Assembly: GCF_963921235.1 (NCBI RefSeq)
Contig: NC_086108.1
Coordinates: forward strand, 103,728,001 to 103,792,000
From: Mobula hypostoma
Lineage: Eukaryota
DNA length: 64,000 bases
Direction: 5' to 3'
Shown: piece by piece, positions 11,700 through 24,908 of the stretch
How the letters are laid out: every line of letters begins with the position of its first letter
Numbering within the stretch: the stretch's first letter is position 1
The notes under the pieces: model-generated
What the model was told of the DNA's origin: nothing
The model's input: the letters and a program-made list of their open reading frames with translations, nothing else
Database searches by the model: none
Translations under genes and position numbers: made by a program

Positions 11700-11935
11700 C
11701 TGGACGCGAGATTCTGCAGATGCTGGAAATCCACACACAAAGTGCTGGAGGAACTCAGCAGTTCAGGCAGCACCTACAGAAAGGAATAAACAGTTGCTGT
11801 TTCGGACAGAGACCCTTCGTCAGGACCTGACCAACCAAGTCCTGATGAAGGCTCTCGGCCTGAAACGTCGACTGTTTGTTCCTTCCCATAGATGCTGCCT
11901 GATCTGCTGAAGTCCTCCAGCCTTTGTAGGTGTCT
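11700..11935. mobile_element. Palindromic Penelope terminal-repeat-derived element
   Basis: Arms of about 90 bp (GCTGGAGGAACTCAGCAG...CCCTTCGTCAGGAC and GTCCTGATGAAGG...CTGCTGAAGTCCTCCAGC) around a 12-nt spacer. Confidence 0.75.
11838..11873 (+). ncRNA. Minimal type I hammerhead ribozyme motif (Penelope type)
   Basis: AGTC-CTGATGA-AGGC(TCTCG)GCCT-GAAA-CG-TC-GACT. Helix I AGUC/GACU, core CUGAUGA, perfect 4-bp helix II, GAAA, palindromic ACGU in place of helix III, and a GUC cleavage triplet. Confidence 0.7.
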
Positions 11936-14900
11936 CTCTGTACTTGCTGGAGTTTACCGGAAAGAGTGGGGTGGATCTCACTGAAACCTATTCGAGTATT
12001 GAAATGCCGAGATAGTGAGTGGATGTTGAGGGAATGTTTCCTGTAGTGGGGAAGTCTCGGATCAGAGGGCACAGCCTCTGAATAGAGGGATGTCCCTTTA
12101 GAACAGGGACAAGGAGGAATTTCTTTAGCTAGAGGGTGCTGAATCTGTGGAATCCATTGCCACAGATGGCTGAGGAGGCCAGGTCATTGGGTATATTTAA
12201 ATTGGAGGTCGATAGCTTCTTGATTGGTAAGGGTGGCAAAGGTTATGGGGAGAAGGCAGAGGCTGGGGTTGAGAGGGAAAATACATCAGGCATGATGGAA
12301 TAGCGGTGCAGACCCAATGGGCTGAATGGCCTAATTCTGCTCCTATGGTTGTATGGTCTTCTGGTCAAAGGTGAAATGTTAAAGTGCAGTCTGTCATACA
12401 GCATAGAAATGGGTTCTTCATCCTAACTGGTCAATGCCAACCAAGCTGCCCATTCAACACTCACATTTGCCCCATTTCCCTCTAAACTATTCCTGTAAGT
12501 ATGTACATGCTGGTCCAAGACATAGGCTTCATCAACCAACTCAATATTTTGCATTTATTTGGAACGTAAACAGGAAGTTAGGCTGCAGTTGGCTCTCTCA
12601 CAATAAAATATAGAAGAGTACAGCAGAGAGCAGGCCCCTTGGCCCACAATATTGTGCCAATCTTTTAACCCACTCCAAGATCAATCTAATCCTTCCTTCC
12701 GACATAGCCCTCCATTTTTCTTTCATCCATGTGCTAATCTAAGATTCTCTTAAATATTCATAAGACATAGAAGCAGAATTAGGCCATTCAGCCCATTGAG
12801 TGTGCTCGCCATTCTATCGTGGCTGATCCCAGATCCCACTCAACCCCATACACCTGCCTTCTCACCATATCCTTTGATGTCCTGACTGATCAGGAAACGA
12901 TCAACTGCAGCTTCAAATATACCAGCGGACTTGGCCTCCACCGCAGTCTGTGACAGAACATTCCACAGATACACTACTCTCTGTACCTAACCCTCCTTAC
13001 CTCTGTTCGAAAAGGTTGCCCTTCAATCTTGAGGCTGTGCGCTGTAGTTCTGGTAATCCCCACCATAGGAATCACATCATCCTTATCTAATCCTTTCAAC
13101 ATTTGGTAGGTTTCAATGAGATCCCCCACATTCTTCTAAATTCCAGTGAGTGCAGGCCCATAGCTGCCAAAGGCTCCTCATATGTTAACCCCTTCGTTCC
13201 TGGAATCATCCTTGTGAACCTCCTCTGGACTCTGTCCAATGACAACACATCCCTTCTGAGGTATGGGGCCCAAAACTGTTGACAATACTCCAAGTGAGGC
13301 CTGACTAGTTTCTTACAAAGGCTCAGCAATATTTTTTTGCTTTTATATTTTATTTCCCTTGAAATAAATGCCAACATTGTAATTGCCTTCTTTACCACAG
13401 ACTCAACCTGTAAATTAATCTTATGTGAGTCTTGCACAAGGACTTCCAAGTCCCTCTGCACGTCTGATGTTTGAATTTTCTTCCCATTTAGATAATAGTC
13501 TGCACTATTGTTCCTTTTACCATAATGCATTATCATAATTTCCCAACACTATTCCATCTGCCACTTATCTGCCCATTCTTCCAATCTGTCCAGGTCCTGC
13601 TGCAATTGCATCAGTACCTCAGCACTACCTACCCCTCCACCTATCTTTGTATCATCTGCAAACTTTGCCACAAACCATCAGTTCCATTATTTAAATCATT
13701 GACAATGTGAAAAGTAGCGGTCCCAATACTGACCCCTGAGGAACACCACTAGTCACTGGTAGCCAGCCAGAAAAGACCCCTTTTATTCTCACTCACTGTC
13801 TCCTGCCTGTCAGCCATTCTTCCATCCAGGCCAATATCTTTCCTGTAATGCCATAAGATGTAGTCCATCTGGCCCAGGTGACTTAGCCACATTAAGACTT
13901 TTCAGTTTGCCTAGCACGTTTTCCTTTGTAATAGCAATGACACTCTCTCCCGCTCCCTGACACTCACGGACCTGTGGCACACTGCCAGTGTCTTCCACAG
14001 TGAAGACTGATGCAAATTAAACATCAAGTTCATCTGCCATTTCTTTGTCCCCTATTACGACCTCACCAGCATCATGTTCTAGTGGTCCAATATCAGCTTT
14101 CACCTCCCTTTTGCTCTTTATATAACTGAAATAACTTTTCGTATGTTGCCTTATATTATTGGTTAGTTTGCCCTCATTTTTCAGTGTTTCCCTTAATAGC
14201 ATTTTTATTTGCTTTTTGATGGATTTTAAAAGCTTCCCTATCATCCAACGTCCCACTCACTTTTACACCCTTATATGTCCTTTCTTCAGCTTTTATGCAG
14301 TTCTTAACTTCCCTTGTCAGCCACAGTTGCCTATCCCTATCATTTGAGAACTACTTCGGGACATATCTACCTTGACCCTTGTGAACTATTCTCAGAAACT
14401 TCAGTCATCCTCGCCAGTATTCCCCTCCAATCCACCTGGGCAAACTCCTCTCTCATGCTGCTGTAATCCCCTTTATTCTGTTGTGACACTGATATATGTG
14501 ACTTCTGCTTCTCCCGCTTGAATTGCGGTATGAATTCAATCATACTATGTTCACTGCCTCCTAAGGGTTCCTTTACATTAAGCTCTCTAATAAGATCTGG
14601 GTTAACATGCAACACCCATTCTAAGTTGGCCTTTCCCTGAGTAGGCTCAAGCTGCTCTAAAAAGCTGTCTTGTGGGCAGTCAACAAGTTTCCTCTCTTGC
14701 GATCAGTCACCTACCTGATTTTCCCAATCCCATTGCATACTGAAGTCCCCCATTACAATTGTCTCATTACCCTTATTACATCCCTTTCCTAGCTCCCTTT
14801 GCAATCTCAATCCCACATTTTAGCTACTATTTGGAGACCTTATATGATTCCCACGATGGTATATTTTTTACCCTTGCAGTTTCTTAACTCCACCCACAAA

Positions 14901-16049
14901 GATTCGATGTTCTTAGACTCTATGTCACCTCTTTCTAAAGGTGTAATTCCATCTCTTACCAACGGAGCCACACCACTGCCTAAGCCTTCCTGCCTGTCCT
15001 TTCTATACAAAGTATTTCATTTAATGTTAAGCTCACAACTATGGCCTTTTTCCAGCCACGACTCAGTGATGACCACATGTCATGCCGACAATTTCCAATT
15101 GCGCCACAAATTCGTCCACCTTATTTGAAATGCTACGCGCATTTAAGTACTGCACCTTCAGTCCTGCATTCTTCGCCTTTTTGAATTAACTCTTTGCACT
15201 GTCTGCATTTGTACTGAATCATTAACTTGTCCTTCCTTACATTCATGTCGCACCCATCATGTACTTGTAAAGCTGCTGGCTCATCCTCAACATTGTGGTT
15301 CCCGTCCCCCGCCATAATTAGATTTAAACTACTCCCAGCAGCTCTAGTAGACTTGCCTGCAAGAATATTGGCCCCCCTCGGATTCAAGTGCAACCCATCC
15401 CTTTTGTACAGCTCCCACCTGCCCCAGAAGAGGTTCCAATGATTCAGAAATCTGGATCCCTGCCGTCTGCTCCAATTTTTCAGCCACACATTTATCTGCC
15501 TCCTCATTCTATACTTATCCTCACTGTTACATGGCATAGGCAGCAATCCCGAGGTTACGACCCTTGTGGTCCTGCTTCTCAGCTTTCTTCCTAACTCCCT
15601 GTATTCTGTTTTTAAGACCTCCTCCCTTTCTTTTCTACCTATATCGTTGGTACCAATATGTAGCACAACTTCCGTCTGCTCACCCTCCCTTTTCAGGATA
15701 TTGTGGACGTGTTCTGAAACATCACGGACCCTGACACCAGGGAGACAAGCTACCATCCATGTTTCTTTTCCTTGTCCACAGAATTGCCTGTCTGTCCTCC
15801 TAACTATAGAGTCCCCTATTACTGCCACCATCGTCTGCAGTTCCCTATCCTTCTAAGCCACAGGGCCAGACTCGGTGTCAGAGGCACGGCCGCTGTTGCT
15901 TCCCTCATGTAGGTTCTACGCCCCCCCCCCCGCCATAAGCACTCAAAATGGAGTACTTTTTGTTAAGAGAGACAGTCTCAGGAGTGATCTCCACTATCTG
16001 ACATTCACCCTACCTTCTCCTGATAGTCACCTACTTATCTGTCTGCCGT

Positions 16050-16290
16050 TAAAGTTAAAGTCTGTCCCGAGCCTTACAGGTCGTGAGTTCGAGCCCCAGC
16101 CAAGGCAGCGTGTTATGTCCTTGAGCAAGGCACTTAACCACACGATGCTCCAGTCCACCCAGCTGAAAGTGAGTACTGGCAAAAATGCTGGGGGTTAACC
16201 TTGCAAAAGACTGGCGTCCTATCCGGGAGGGAGTCGCTTCACACCACGGAAACCAGCATAAGCACCGGCCTGTCTCCTGTAGCTCCTGTC
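16050..16290 (+). mobile_element. tRNA-derived SINE
   Basis: B-box GAGTTCGAGCC followed by GTCCTTGAGCAAGGCACTTAACC. Shares its head region with the SINE at 20479. Confidence 0.65.
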
Positions 16291-16292
16291 TA

Positions 16293-16860
16293 TCATAGAA
16301 CATAGAACATAGAACAGTACAACACAGTACAGGCCCTTCGGCCCACAATGTTGTGCCGACCCTCAAACCCTGCCTCCCATATAACCCCCCCACCTTAAAT
16401 TCCTCCATATGCCTGTCTAGTAGTCTCTTAAACTTCACGAGTGTATCTGCCTCCACCACTGACTCACGCAGTGCATTCCACACACCAACCACTCTCTGAG
16501 TAAAAAACCTTCCTCTAATATCCCCCTTGAACTTTCCACTCCTTACCTTAAAGCCATGTCCTCTTGTATTGAGCAGTGGTGCCCTGGGGAAGAGGCGCTG
16601 ACTATCCACGCTATCTATTCCTCTTATTATCTTGTACACCTCTATCATGTCTCCTCTCATCCTCCTTCTCTCCAAAGAGTAAAGCCCTAGCTCCCTTAAT
16701 CTCTGATCATAATGCATACTCTCTATACCAGGCAGCATCCTGGTAAATCTCCTCTGTACCCTTAACAATGCTTCCACATCCTTCCTATAGTGAGGCAACC
16801 AGAACTGGACACAGTACTCCAGTGTGGCCTAACCAGAGTTTTATAGAGCCGCATCATTAC
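16293..16860 (-). mobile_element. Relatively young CR1 3' fragment with (GTTCTAT)n tail
   Basis: Open frame HYRKDVEALLRVQRRFTRMLPG...RFFTQRVVGVWNAL, with ATAGAAC repeats at about 16295-16315. Confidence 0.88.
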
Positions 16861-17670
16861 ATCCCTTCGCTTTCCCTAACAAGCCGAAGGTCATCGAGGG
16901 GCAGCTCCTGTTCCTTAACACGATTGCTAAGGAGCTGTATCTCAATACATCTAGTGTGGATGTGGCCATCTGGGAGGCTGCAGTCTCCCGGAAATCCCAC
17001 ATCAGACACCCCAGAACAGAACACTGGCCCTGACATACCCCCTATTCTTTCAAGAGTAAATAACAAAAAAGAAATAAGGAATGAACTTACAAAATTCCCT
17101 TGCTTCTGCTTGTTCTTGTAGAAGCCCTGTTGAGCCAAATCCTTACCACCCTGACTGGGGCCACTTCAACAAGGATTGCTTTGCTAGGTGGTACCCCTCT
17201 TTTTTTGGAGACTGGGTTTTTAAAGCTCTTTGCCGTACTTGCGCGGGAACGCTTGTACTGCATCTGCGACACACTCCAATCAAAGACTAATGTATTCGTC
17301 GGAAATGTCCCTAATGTATCTGTGTCTAACAACACCAGCAGTGTGTTCCACTCTGTTGCTTTTTTTAAAAGAAACTTAGCTTGACATCCCCCCCATATAC
17401 TTTCCTCCAACCACGTTAAGAATATGCCCTCTCATTTTAGCAATTGCTAGCATTCGAAGACTTCCCACCTCAGCATTCCATCTGTGGAAAGCTTCCCTAC
17501 ACTGTGCTCCATCTGTTGTACGCTTCCGTACACTGCATCCCATTTGTTACGAGCGTCCCTGCATGGCGTTCTGCCTGCCGCACGCGTCTCGCCTACCCCT
17601 CGCGTCCCCCGCACCGTAAACGGTGTGTTTGAGATTCTCTTTATAATCTGATGGTTCTCGCCCCACACAG

Positions 17671-17794
17671 GACATCATTAGTGTAGAGTTCATACACAAG
17701 CTGGAGTCGTTACTGCAGCGAGCTTATCGGCTGCAGGAGGAGTTTCAGGCTACTCTGGGAGCATCCGACCTGGCTTCTCTGGCGAATGACATTG
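17671..17794 (+). CDS. MIGA1: Mitoguardin-1 coding exon (4th in window; absent from the ORF track)
   Basis: ccccacacAG| acceptor and ATTG|GTGAGT donor. Hand translation DIISVEFIHKLESLLQRAYRLQEEFQATLGASDLASLANDI. 124 nt, phase 0 to 1. Confidence 0.95.
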
Positions 17795-20478
17795 GTGAGT
17801 CTCTATACTGGCATGTCTTACTGCTTCCCCCGCTTGCCCGATCAAAACGGTATTAAATCATTAATACAATGCTTCCCAGGATGGTATTAAATCACACAAT
17901 ACACCCAAGTGGCAGCACCGTCCCCGACCCTCACCTCCCCATTTTGTTTAAGGATAGTAGAATCATAGAGGGATGCTCAGCAGCTGTGGCAGGGTTTGAA
18001 TGCCATCACCCCCCGCACCTCACTAACTTCCTGAGAAAGCAAAACCAAGCAACATAATTTTCAGCAAGGTTTTGGGTCAGGAACAGCAGGTTCAAGATTC
18101 AAGATGGTTTATTGTCATTCATCAGTACACACGAGTATAAAGGAGAACAAAATGATTGCTACTCTAGATCTGATGCAACTTAAAATACAATAGCGAATAC
18201 AATAAAAAAGACGAATATAAATATATAAAATTAACTTGTAGACATCGACTGATTACGTGTCCGTAAAGTGACTCTAGGCACAGGAGTGTCTGCACACAAG
18301 GCGACTGACAGGAAACGGTAAAGTGGCGGTGGTGTGGGTGGATTAATGGCTGGACGTGTTGTTCAGCCCGATGGCATGGGGGAAGTAACTGTTTTTGGGG
18401 TCTGGTGGTCTTGCCGTCGATGCTGCCTAACGGCTTCCCTGATGGGAGTAGGACATGCAGGAACGATTATTTCCCTTCCACCATCAGGCCTCTGAGCCAG
18501 TGTGGATGACTTCATTACCCTCACCTCTCAACTGGTTCCACAACCTGTGGACTCACTTTCAAGGACTCTACAACTCTTGTCCTCTATCATTTATTTACTT
18601 ATTTATTTTTAATTTGTCTTCTTTTGCATATTGGTTGTTTGCTGGCATTTGTGCGTAGTTTTTCATTGATTCTGTTGTTTTTCTTTGTTTTACTGTGAAT
18701 GCCTGCAAGAAAGTGAATCTCAAGGTAGTATATGACATGGATGTACTGTGATTATCAATTTACTTTTTGAACTTCGAGTATTTGCAACCTTGTATCCCAG
18801 CTTGTTCTTCGATTTTTGCTCATCCATCAGCTTGCCCAGCACTAGGTTTAGATCTCGCTGGGATTCTGAAATACGAATACATTAGAATGGTGATGATTTC
18901 ATCTTTAAGGCTGCTGAATTCTCTACCCTGGAGACTTCGGGGGCAGAGACATTGGATATAGTCCAGGGCCAAAGTAGACAGATATCCGAGCTGCAGGGGG
19001 ATCGCAGGTGTCGTCTGTTGCAGCCGCCCAGGAGAGGAGACACCGAGTTGGTGTGGGAGAGAGCAGGGGCCTCTGGGAGCACTGGAATCTGTACTGGGTC
19101 AGGGGTCAGCCTCTCCTGTTGGTGCTGCCAATCAGTACTCGCTCGGTGGAAAACAAGCTGGGCTAGGATAACATCCTATGTAAGATCAATCTACAGGCCA
19201 GATTCAGTTCTAATATCATGTGCTTTCTGTGTGGAGTTTGCATGTTCTCCTGGTGACTGCATGGGTTTACCCCAGGTCCTCTGCTTTCCTCCCATATCCC
19301 AAAGACAGGGATGTTGATGGGTTAGTTGGCCATTGTAAATTGACTCTAGTGGGTGGGTAACAGGTAGAATTTGGAGCTAGTTTGTGAGACTATGTGCAGA
19401 ATAAAATGGGATGAGTGGAGAATGGGTGTAAATGGGTGGTAGGTGGGATTGGTTTAGGGATCTTGGTGGGCTGAAGGGCCTGGTTCTGTGTGTATCGCTC
19501 TATGACTGTGACTCCAAGATCTGATCATCCATCGCTGTGGAGAAGCTATCTTGCAAAGCCATATGGTTCACCCCTCCTCCCACTGGAGCAGTACCCCAAT
19601 GAGGGCAATCCGCCATCTTGATAATGATATTTATATAATTATATTGATAATCATATTGGGGATTATTAAGTACATATTAAATACCGTTATGGGATTTGCT
19701 GTTCCATTGGATGGACCGATGGCGGTCTAGGCCCTCATGCCTCAGGGTTGCCTGTTGCCAGCTGCCAGGGAAGGAGATGCTGGAGCTGGCTGTGTGCTGC
19801 TGGATTCCGTGCCGGGTTGGGTACTGTACACTCCCATCAGTGCTGCCCTCCAGTGTTGGCTCGCTAGAGGACGAGCTGGTTTGTGTTCGTCTGTGGTTAC
19901 ACTCACAGCAGATGTGGAACTGCGGCAGGCTTGCGGAAACGTGGCCCCAGGACAACATCCACGCACCATCAATCTGCAGGCCATGACGTTCAGGGACTTG
20001 GGCTACATTATTATTATTATTATTATTATTTTTTGTAACTATATGTTTTTTCTGCTATTGTAATTATATGTGCTGTGTATGACTGTTGATGTTGTGCGAC
20101 TTGGCCCCAGAGGAGTGTTGTTTCATTTGGCTGCATTATGTGTATGGTTGAATGACAATCAAACTTCAACTTAAGGGAGAGCTGTGCTGTCCAAAGTGCC
20201 TCCTTCTGGAAGACCCTGTGGTTTGGACATTGGACCAACTTTGAAGATATGAGGAGTTCTTTGCACCCTGGCCAAACTTCATCCCTCAGCTGACTGTACC
20301 GAGGTCAGAAAAAAAAGCAAAATACTGCAGATGCTGACCAGTTCAGAGTGTTGAAAGTGTGCATCGGGCACACGGCAACTGCTCGGGGCAAAACAGAGGT
20401 GACGTTTCTAGCCGGTGATCTTCCAGCAGGTTTCTTACTGTGGGATCTTGCTATGCACACATTGTATAGGAATACGAG

Positions 20479-20778
20479 TGTTGGCGTGTGGCCAGCTAGT
20501 TAAGGTGTCAGTCTAGTGATCTGAAGGTCGCTGGTTCGAGCCTCAGCTGAGGCAGCGTGTTGTGTGCAAGGCACTTAACCACACTTTGCTCTGCGACGAC
20601 ACCAGTGTCAAGCTGTATGGGTACTAATACCCTTCCCTGGACAACATCGGTGTCGTGGAGAGGGGAGACTTGCTGCATGGGCAACTGCTTGTCTTCCATA
20701 CAACCTTGCCCAGGCCTGCACCCTGGAAACCTTCCAAGGCACAAATCCGTGGTCTTACGAGACTAATGGATGCCTATA
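20479..20778 (+). mobile_element. Full-length tRNA-derived SINE with TSD
   Basis: A box TGGCCAGCTAGTTAAGG and B box GGTTCGAGCC. 13-bp TSD ATAGGAA(T/C)ACGAG at 20466-20478 and 20779-20791. Confidence 0.8.
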
Positions 20779-21433
20779 ATAGGAACACGAGCAGACCACC
20801 CTCAACTCTGAACGTGCTTTCCTCCCACATCCCAAAGACGTGTGAGCTGATAGGTTAGTTGGTCAGTTAGAATTAAATTTATTTAACTGCATTGGTTCCA
20901 CAAGCCTTGATGGTTGAACCAACCGCAATCCATCAATGCGAGGTCTGGGAGTTTCCCATGATGCCTGAGCTCCAGAATTTCAACAGCAGCCGTTCATTAG
21001 AGGTATCTCTCCATGAATGATTTTATTTGGGTTTTTAAGAGGGCCCAGTCTGCAGGTCACCAGAGGGCAGCAGTGACCCTTCTGTCTCAGGACTGAATGG
21101 TGCCTTGTTGCTGGAGAAGGGGCGCTGGGAGCAGGACCTATGTTTAGCTGCTGTAATGTGCCCTGCACTCCTCCCCATCACCTGCTATTTTAGCTCAGCT
21201 GACGGGCTGAAGGTCGGGTGTCCTGTGAGCTTCGGAGCCTGAATCAGGTTTTATTTTGCGCGGCTGTGCGATGAAAGCTCCAGCTACCACCCTGTCAGGT
21301 TTAATTTTTTTCATTCTTTCCAAGTGAACTAAATTCCAGCTCAGTGAGAAAATGACTTCAGATTCAGGTCAGTTTATTATGTACACCAGGGTGCAATGAA
21401 ATTCCTTGCTCATGTGAAATAAAGCAGTATATA

Positions 21434-21497
21434 CAGTACTGTACAAAAGCCTTGGCTACCCTAGCTATAGGGTGCCTAAGACCTTTGCACAGTATTG
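21434..21497. mobile_element. Tiny Tc1/mariner-type MITE (64 bp)
   Basis: TA|CAGTACTGTACAAAAGCCTTGG...CCTAAGACCTTTGCACAGTATTG|TA, an almost wholly palindromic element with TA TSD. Confidence 0.7.
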
Positions 21498-22944
21498 TAT
21501 GGTAATAATAAATGCAACAAGTCATGTTCAAGTTTAATACTCATTCAAGCGTACATGAAAACACAAATGAAGCAGCTTAACCTCTTGGCCCAAGGTGTAA
21601 AGTACAGTACCAGCAGTTGTACACAGCTCAAAGCTCATGGAGCACATACAATTACGATAGCAGAAAAACATGCAGTCACACACACAAGAACAATTAGTAA
21701 TGTAGCCCGAGTCCCTGAGAGTCTTATCCTGTACATTGATGGTACTTGGGATGTTGTTGGAAAGAACAAGCCCACAGCAGTCCAATCATTGCACACTTGC
21801 TCAGCCGCGGACGAATGCAGTCCACTGAGCAAACGCTGGCGGGCAGCACTGAGAGGAGGGGTCGGCTCCAAACCCCACCCCCACTCCATCTGGCATCTCC
21901 TCCCCTGGGCGGCTGCACAGGCGACCCCGCAGCACGAGGGTCTGGTCTGTGCTGCAGCCGAGGCAGTGCAGCTGCCCTGCCGTCAGTCCCGCCATTGAGC
22001 CAGTGAACCGGACTTGCAGTTTTCCACATTATCAGTGTTGAAGAGAAACGTCCCAGGCACCATTTGTTAGACTGCACACCGACTCCGAGGCAACATGGTC
22101 CAGCTCCTCTGCTATTGAGGAACTCACTGATGGGGTGGACCTGTGGTAACTGATGTTCTCAATATCCAGCAGTGTTTTGTGATCATAAAAAAAGATGTGA
22201 AGGAAGAATAATTCTACCTTTGATTGGATCCAGAGAGGTTGCCGTGGGTGTGCGTGCCACCATCTTACCAGAGGTCAGTGTGGGCAAAACAGCAGAATGG
22301 TGCAAAGATAGTAGTGTAAAACAAATTGCTGAAGTGATAAGAATGGACGAGGTAGAATAAGAGCCCGAAAACATGGGAGAACAACTGGCGAAAGGATATG
22401 AAAGAGGTGATTGGTTCAGGAGTCTGATAGCAGCGGGGAAGAAGCTGTTCTTGAATTCGGTCGTCTGGGTTTTCAAGCTGTATCTTCTCTGTATGTCAGT
22501 GATAATAAATCCGGTTCTGAATTGCTTCAGAATATTAGAATTCCACAATGCAGAGCAGCTTAGTGAAGGGAATGAGTCAGGAATGGTAGACTGTGGAATT
22601 AATGTGTCAGACAATCTGTCTCTGCTTTGTGTGGGAGAGATTGTAATAAAAGGACAAAAAAAATCTTGAAAATAGGTTCCAGAATGTTCTAGCAATGATG
22701 TCAGAGGGAAAATCTTATCAATAGGTTGGAATAATTTCCTGCAGGAAACTGTTTCATCCAGATAATCTCTAGATCTCTTGGCAGAAGGGGACAGAATCTT
22801 TTGCCCACTGCACTCATTTGAATAACCCTCATTTGCATTAGCCGATGGAGGTGGTGCCAGTGGGTAGTAATGGTCACACTGCGACCCTATCTGGCTGTAT
22901 TGGCCAGTGTGGCTATTCTGATTTATTTTCAAGTACAGATTCCT

Positions 22945-23520
22945 TAAGGTTGTTATAGCTGGGGGTGGTAATGGGGTTAAGCTCCCAATACCTATTAACT
23001 GCTGCCAATGGTGTGCTCCACAGACAGCCTCTGACGACCAAATCCAGCTCCTGGCCTCCACGTGTGGCTTAACTACTAAGCCTGGTGGAACCGTTTCTAT
23101 CGACAGAAGAGGCAAAAACGCATTTCTGGCACCTTAAAACCTGTTACTTCGGGCAGATGGGGGCTGGCAGCTCATCAAGGAAAAGAAAAACTCAGATCTC
23201 AAACCTCCACTGCCTTGCGGCTATACCCACTTACGTGGAAGGCTTTAGGAATAAACCCTGAGCTCTGGAACTCTGGAACTGAGGTCCCCAAGGCAGTCCT
23301 ACATTGAGTTCAACACTGACCCGGCAACTCCTGCGATGCTGCTGGTGCCAAACTGTGTCAGTCTCTACCGTTCCCTTGGGTTCCCCAGAAGCATGGAGAG
23401 GGGGAGCTTGCTACATGGGCAATAGCTCGCTCTCCAAATCGTTCTGGTTTGTCTTGTGTATCTAGACAGCGAGGACGCGCCATCCATGGTTGACCCCGAC
23501 CAACGGAGTCCTCAGATTAA
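22945..23520 (+). mobile_element. Interspersed SINE-like repeat (family not named)
   Basis: Segment CCAGCTCCTGGCCT...ACTAAGCC...GGAACCGTTTCTA recurs in reverse orientation at about 25230-25450 and 52120-52340. Confidence 0.55.
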
Positions 23521-24659
23521 GTTCAGCCACAGTAGCTGATGGAAACCTTTGAGAAGGGAAACAGATTTCCAAATAGCTTCCTGTACCTGGAACCTGGGGA
23601 TCCTGTTGCGGGATTAAAGTAGGATCACAGAGATACCTAATCATTTGGGCCCAGGTGTTGATTACCCATCCCAGTAACAAAGTTTCAAAGTACACTTATT
23701 ATCAAAAGTACATATATTCATCCTCCCACAGGCAGCCACGAAACAACGAAACACCGTGGAACCCGTTTACAGAAAACATCAGACACTCAGCGTGTGGGAA
23801 ATAAAGAGCAAATCGGGCAAACAGCAAAAAAACAAGCATATAACGTACAGAATATTAAACATCAGACGGCAGAGTCCCCAGAATGGTCCGAGGTTGATGG
23901 CCACTGAGTCAGTTCAGTTTAGCGCCGTGTCAAGTGACTGCAGGCTTCGGCAGCAGAACCAAATCACGCAAATAGCAAAAAAGAGTAACTAGAAACACAC
24001 GGAACATGAACCATAGAGTCCACAACTGCAGCGTGCGTCCACTGCTGAGGACATTAAACATCAAGCTGGGATTTAAACATTAATTATCACTCGTGAGGAG
24101 TTTGCAGTCACATTTTGTTCACAAATCTCCTTTAAAAACGCTGGAGACATTTTGCTGCTTCTCACTGCCTGTCATGCCACTAGCATTTAGGGCAGCAATG
24201 ACAGTCCTCCATCTCTGGCTGTCTTCAGGATTTCCTTCAGCATGTCAGTAGCTCCCTCTCGTTTTCATTACTGTCATTCCTGCAAGTCCTGGGTGGAGAG
24301 TCAGGAATACCGTTGCACTCAGATGCAGAAGGATTCTTCATTGCTGGTTCCATAACAATTTTGTTTTCCCAGTCAGAGTTGTTAGCCCTGAGCTGAACCC
24401 CCAAACCCGGAGGACCAGTGGACCACTCTGAGTCTCTCCTCTACCATTTGACCTGTGTGACATGCGAGACCCTACCAAGAGCCAAAGCACAAGACCCTAA
24501 CTCTAGCCAACGTGGCTCTCCAGGTCATTGAGGTACACAAGCCTCCAAACTACAGCAAGGTTGTAGTCCTCTTGGAGGATTTTCTTGCTAGTTACCCTCA
24601 AAGTGTTGCTTGCCTGGCACTATCTTGTTGGAGGTGCTATATAAACAGAAGTCACAGTA

Positions 24660-24908
24660 CCACACATCAAAGTTGCTGGTGAACGCAGCAGGCCAGGCAG
24701 CATCTCTAGGAAGAGGTACAGTGGACGTTTCAGGCTGAGACCCTTCATCAGGACTAACTGAAGGAAGTTCTCCTGACGAAGGGTCTTGGCCTGAAACGTC
24801 GACTGTACCTCTTCCTAGAGATGCTGCCTGGCCTGCTGCGTTCACTAGCAACTTGGATGTGTGTTGCTTGAATTTCCAGCATCTGCAGAATTCCTGTTGT
24901 TTGCGTTG
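24660..24908. mobile_element. Palindromic Penelope-derived mini-element with TSD
   Basis: Near-perfect arms of about 93 bp (24661-24753 and 24771-24863). 13-bp TSD AGAAGTCACAGTA at 24647-24659 and 24909-24921. A second, more decayed palindromic copy follows at about 24932-25120. Confidence 0.85.

Larger units (their letters stand above)
12763..17130 (-). mobile_element. Long decayed CR1 LINE (SGNH ORF1, endonuclease, partly deleted RT) interrupted by a SINE and a second CR1 3' end
   Basis: ORF1 SGNH hydrolase motifs at 15133-15831 (VIGDSIVR, VVLHIGTNDI, DGLHLN). ORF1 N-terminus at 16857-17138. RT C-terminus at 13096-13536. Many stops and frameshifts. Confidence 0.88.

Noticed and set aside
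20483..20550. tRNA gene
   Set aside because: A and B boxes are present, but the sequence continues into a SINE body and is bounded by a TSD. No complete cloverleaf or terminator was seen.
22183..23115. 310-aa minus-strand ORF, the longest in the track
   Set aside because: It has a non-ATG start inside a SINE-like repeat, reads through a LINE tail (TTEFKNSFFPAAIRLLN), has no recognisable domain and is antisense to MIGA1. Most likely a chance open frame; a BLASTP/RNA-seq check would settle it.
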